29,496 nucleotides of DNA. Origin: Pseudobacteriovorax sp. Lineage in GTDB: Bacteria; Bdellovibrionota_B; Oligoflexia; Oligoflexales; Oligoflexaceae. The DNA lies in assembly GCA_050293845.1 (NCBI GenBank), contig JBNKNM010000023.1:15893-45388 (forward strand), read 5' to 3'. Below are positions 28,163 through 29,496 of this stretch, piece after piece (position 1 is the stretch's first letter; each line of letters begins with the position of its first letter). The translations under genes were made by a program, and so were the position numbers. The notes beneath the pieces are model-generated. The model was not told the DNA's origin and did not search any database. It was given only the letters and a program-made list of their open reading frames with translations.

Positions 28163-28282
28163 GGAATTCGAAATAGCATCGGGTGAAAGTATGACGAGCT
28201 TACTAACCCGCAGCGTAGCCAAGGTAGGTGAGGATTTCGGAAGGTTGGCATAACGCAGCAAACGAAGAATATTTCGGATTCC
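28163..28282. repeat. ~120-bp palindromic element / MITE-like, resembling Rickettsia palindromic element RPE1
   Basis: 13-bp terminal inverted repeats GGAATTCGAAATA (28163-28175) and TATTTCGGATTCC (28270-28282), 1 mismatch. Core CCGCAGCGTA-N-GTAGGTGAGGATT. Confidence 0.55.
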
Positions 28283-28407
28283 GGTATCTTTTTATAAGAA
28301 AAAGGGATCTCTAAGTTAAAGACCCTAAGCCTACGACCAAAAAGCTAAACAATCAGTTTGTTTGCAAAAAGATCAAAAAATATTTTGCTTATAGAATCCA
28401 GTTTCTA

Positions 28408-29424
28408 TCATGACAATACCTCAAATTTAATTCCAGCATATAATTCCAACCTTGCAATCAGCTTATCCCCAAAAGCTGTCGAAGGGGTCCAAAAACCACC
28501 TTGATCTTTGGTATCGGGAAAGTCCAATGTCAAACATAAGGCTGCCTGAGCTAGCATTTTAGCGGTCGAACCATAGCCAGGGTCTCTGTCACCTGTAACC
28601 TTTATAACGATTGCAGGTTCAGCTTTGTCGTTAATATGGCCATAAAAACGAAAGTCAAAGAAGCCCTTCTCCTGAGCTTCAGGGCTGGGGCCTTCACCTG
28701 GTTTTGGTAGAAATCTAGCTAAAGCAGTTTTTGTAAGACTGAAGTAGCTGCCCACAAAAAAACCACCGAGGGCAAGAGTAAAAGCCTGGGCACGGAGCCA
28801 TCCACTCTTACCTTTCCCCATCATCATCGCCTCATCATAGAGAAAGTCTTTACCATATTTCAAACCCGAAAGTTGATGGGAACGATGGACTATTCGGGTA
28901 TTGATTCCTGCCATAATAAAAGGTCCAACCCAAGATCCCGAGTTAGAATCAAGCATCGGAACATGGATATTTTTTTGGCGAATTTTTTTCACATCACTCT
29001 TTGGACAAAGGCTATAGGGATTTCCTAACACTTTACGGAGGGACGGGTCCTTTTTAATTTCGGCGGATACATTGAGAATACTAGCGACGGTCCCACCAGA
29101 CATACCACCACCCATAGCTTTTACCCTCATATTAACTTTATGGCAGTACTTACCAAGGCGGGTCATTGATTCTCTCTGGGTAAAAAACAATCCCAAGTCG
29201 GATGGTATCGAGTCAAATCCCGAACAATTGACAATTCTTGCTCCACTTTTCTTAGCTATGGCTTCATACCGCTTAATCATCTGGTAAACCCATTGGGGTT
29301 CACCGGTCAGATCGCAGTAATGGGTTCCTATTTTACAGCAATTCTTAATGAGTGTTTCTCCATATAGGGCATAAGGTCCTACTGTAGACACCACTATTTT
29401 TGTACTCTCGCATAGTTTTTTTAT
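28408..29424 (-). pseudogene. Saccharopine-dehydrogenase-like oxidoreductase (trans-acting enoyl reductase family), 5' end removed by IS insertion
   Basis: KKLCESTKIVVSTVGPYALYGE, HYCDLTGE, SGFDSIPSDLG, SGGTVAS, PKPGEGPS and GDRDPGYGSTAKML. The N-terminal GxxGxxG Rossmann start is missing, and family-like sequence stops at the IS junction at 29424/29425. Confidence 0.75.
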
Positions 29425-29496
29425 CAGAAATCGCCGGAAAACCTGCTCCTTCAGGTGCAGGATGGATAGGCGTTTGTGATCCGAAGCGAAAGCGGA
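29425..29496 (+). mobile_element. Left end of an IS200/IS605-family element (IS609-like) or non-autonomous derivative; runs off the window
   Basis: TTAT target (29421-29424), then AAAA guide (29438-29441), then the subterminal hairpin CCTGC-T-CC-TTCA-GG-T-GCAGG (29442-29461). Outer CGCC/GGCG pairing (29432-29435 / 29469-29472). Confidence 0.75.

Noticed and set aside
1..29496. CRISPR arrays, tRNA or rRNA genes, prophage genes
   Set aside because: No regularly spaced repeats, cloverleaf or rRNA-like segments, or phage hallmark proteins were seen by eye.

Overview
Bacterial chromosomal window (roughly 42-44% GC by eye). The left third is mostly housekeeping or envelope DNA: a ParB/Spo0J-like gene, a YejB/YejE/YejA-like peptide ABC uptake operon with no ATPase gene, era, a Cys115->Asp Chlamydia/actinobacterial-type murA, a lipoprotein, a DoxX protein and a TPR protein. 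The core is an ~18.3 kb lipid biosynthesis locus. A complete oleABCD head-to-head olefin operon (- strand) is transcribed divergently from a PUFA-synthase-type iterative PKS operon pfaD-pfaA-pfaC (+ strand). The PKS has three ACPs but no PfaB-type second AT domain, thioesterase or PPTase in the window, which suggests a synthase dedicated to feeding OleA. Three non-coding signals are not explained by the ORF track. (1) A near-consensus sigma-54 promoter points into a ~180-nt unit closed by an intrinsic terminator just downstream of oleD (candidate sRNA or small-peptide gene). (2) A ~120-bp palindromic element resembles Rickettsia RPE1. (3) An IS200/IS605-family left end sits at a TTAT target and has removed the 5' end of a saccharopine-dehydrogenase-like gene at the window edge. 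All calls come from motif reading and recall of families; no database searches were run.
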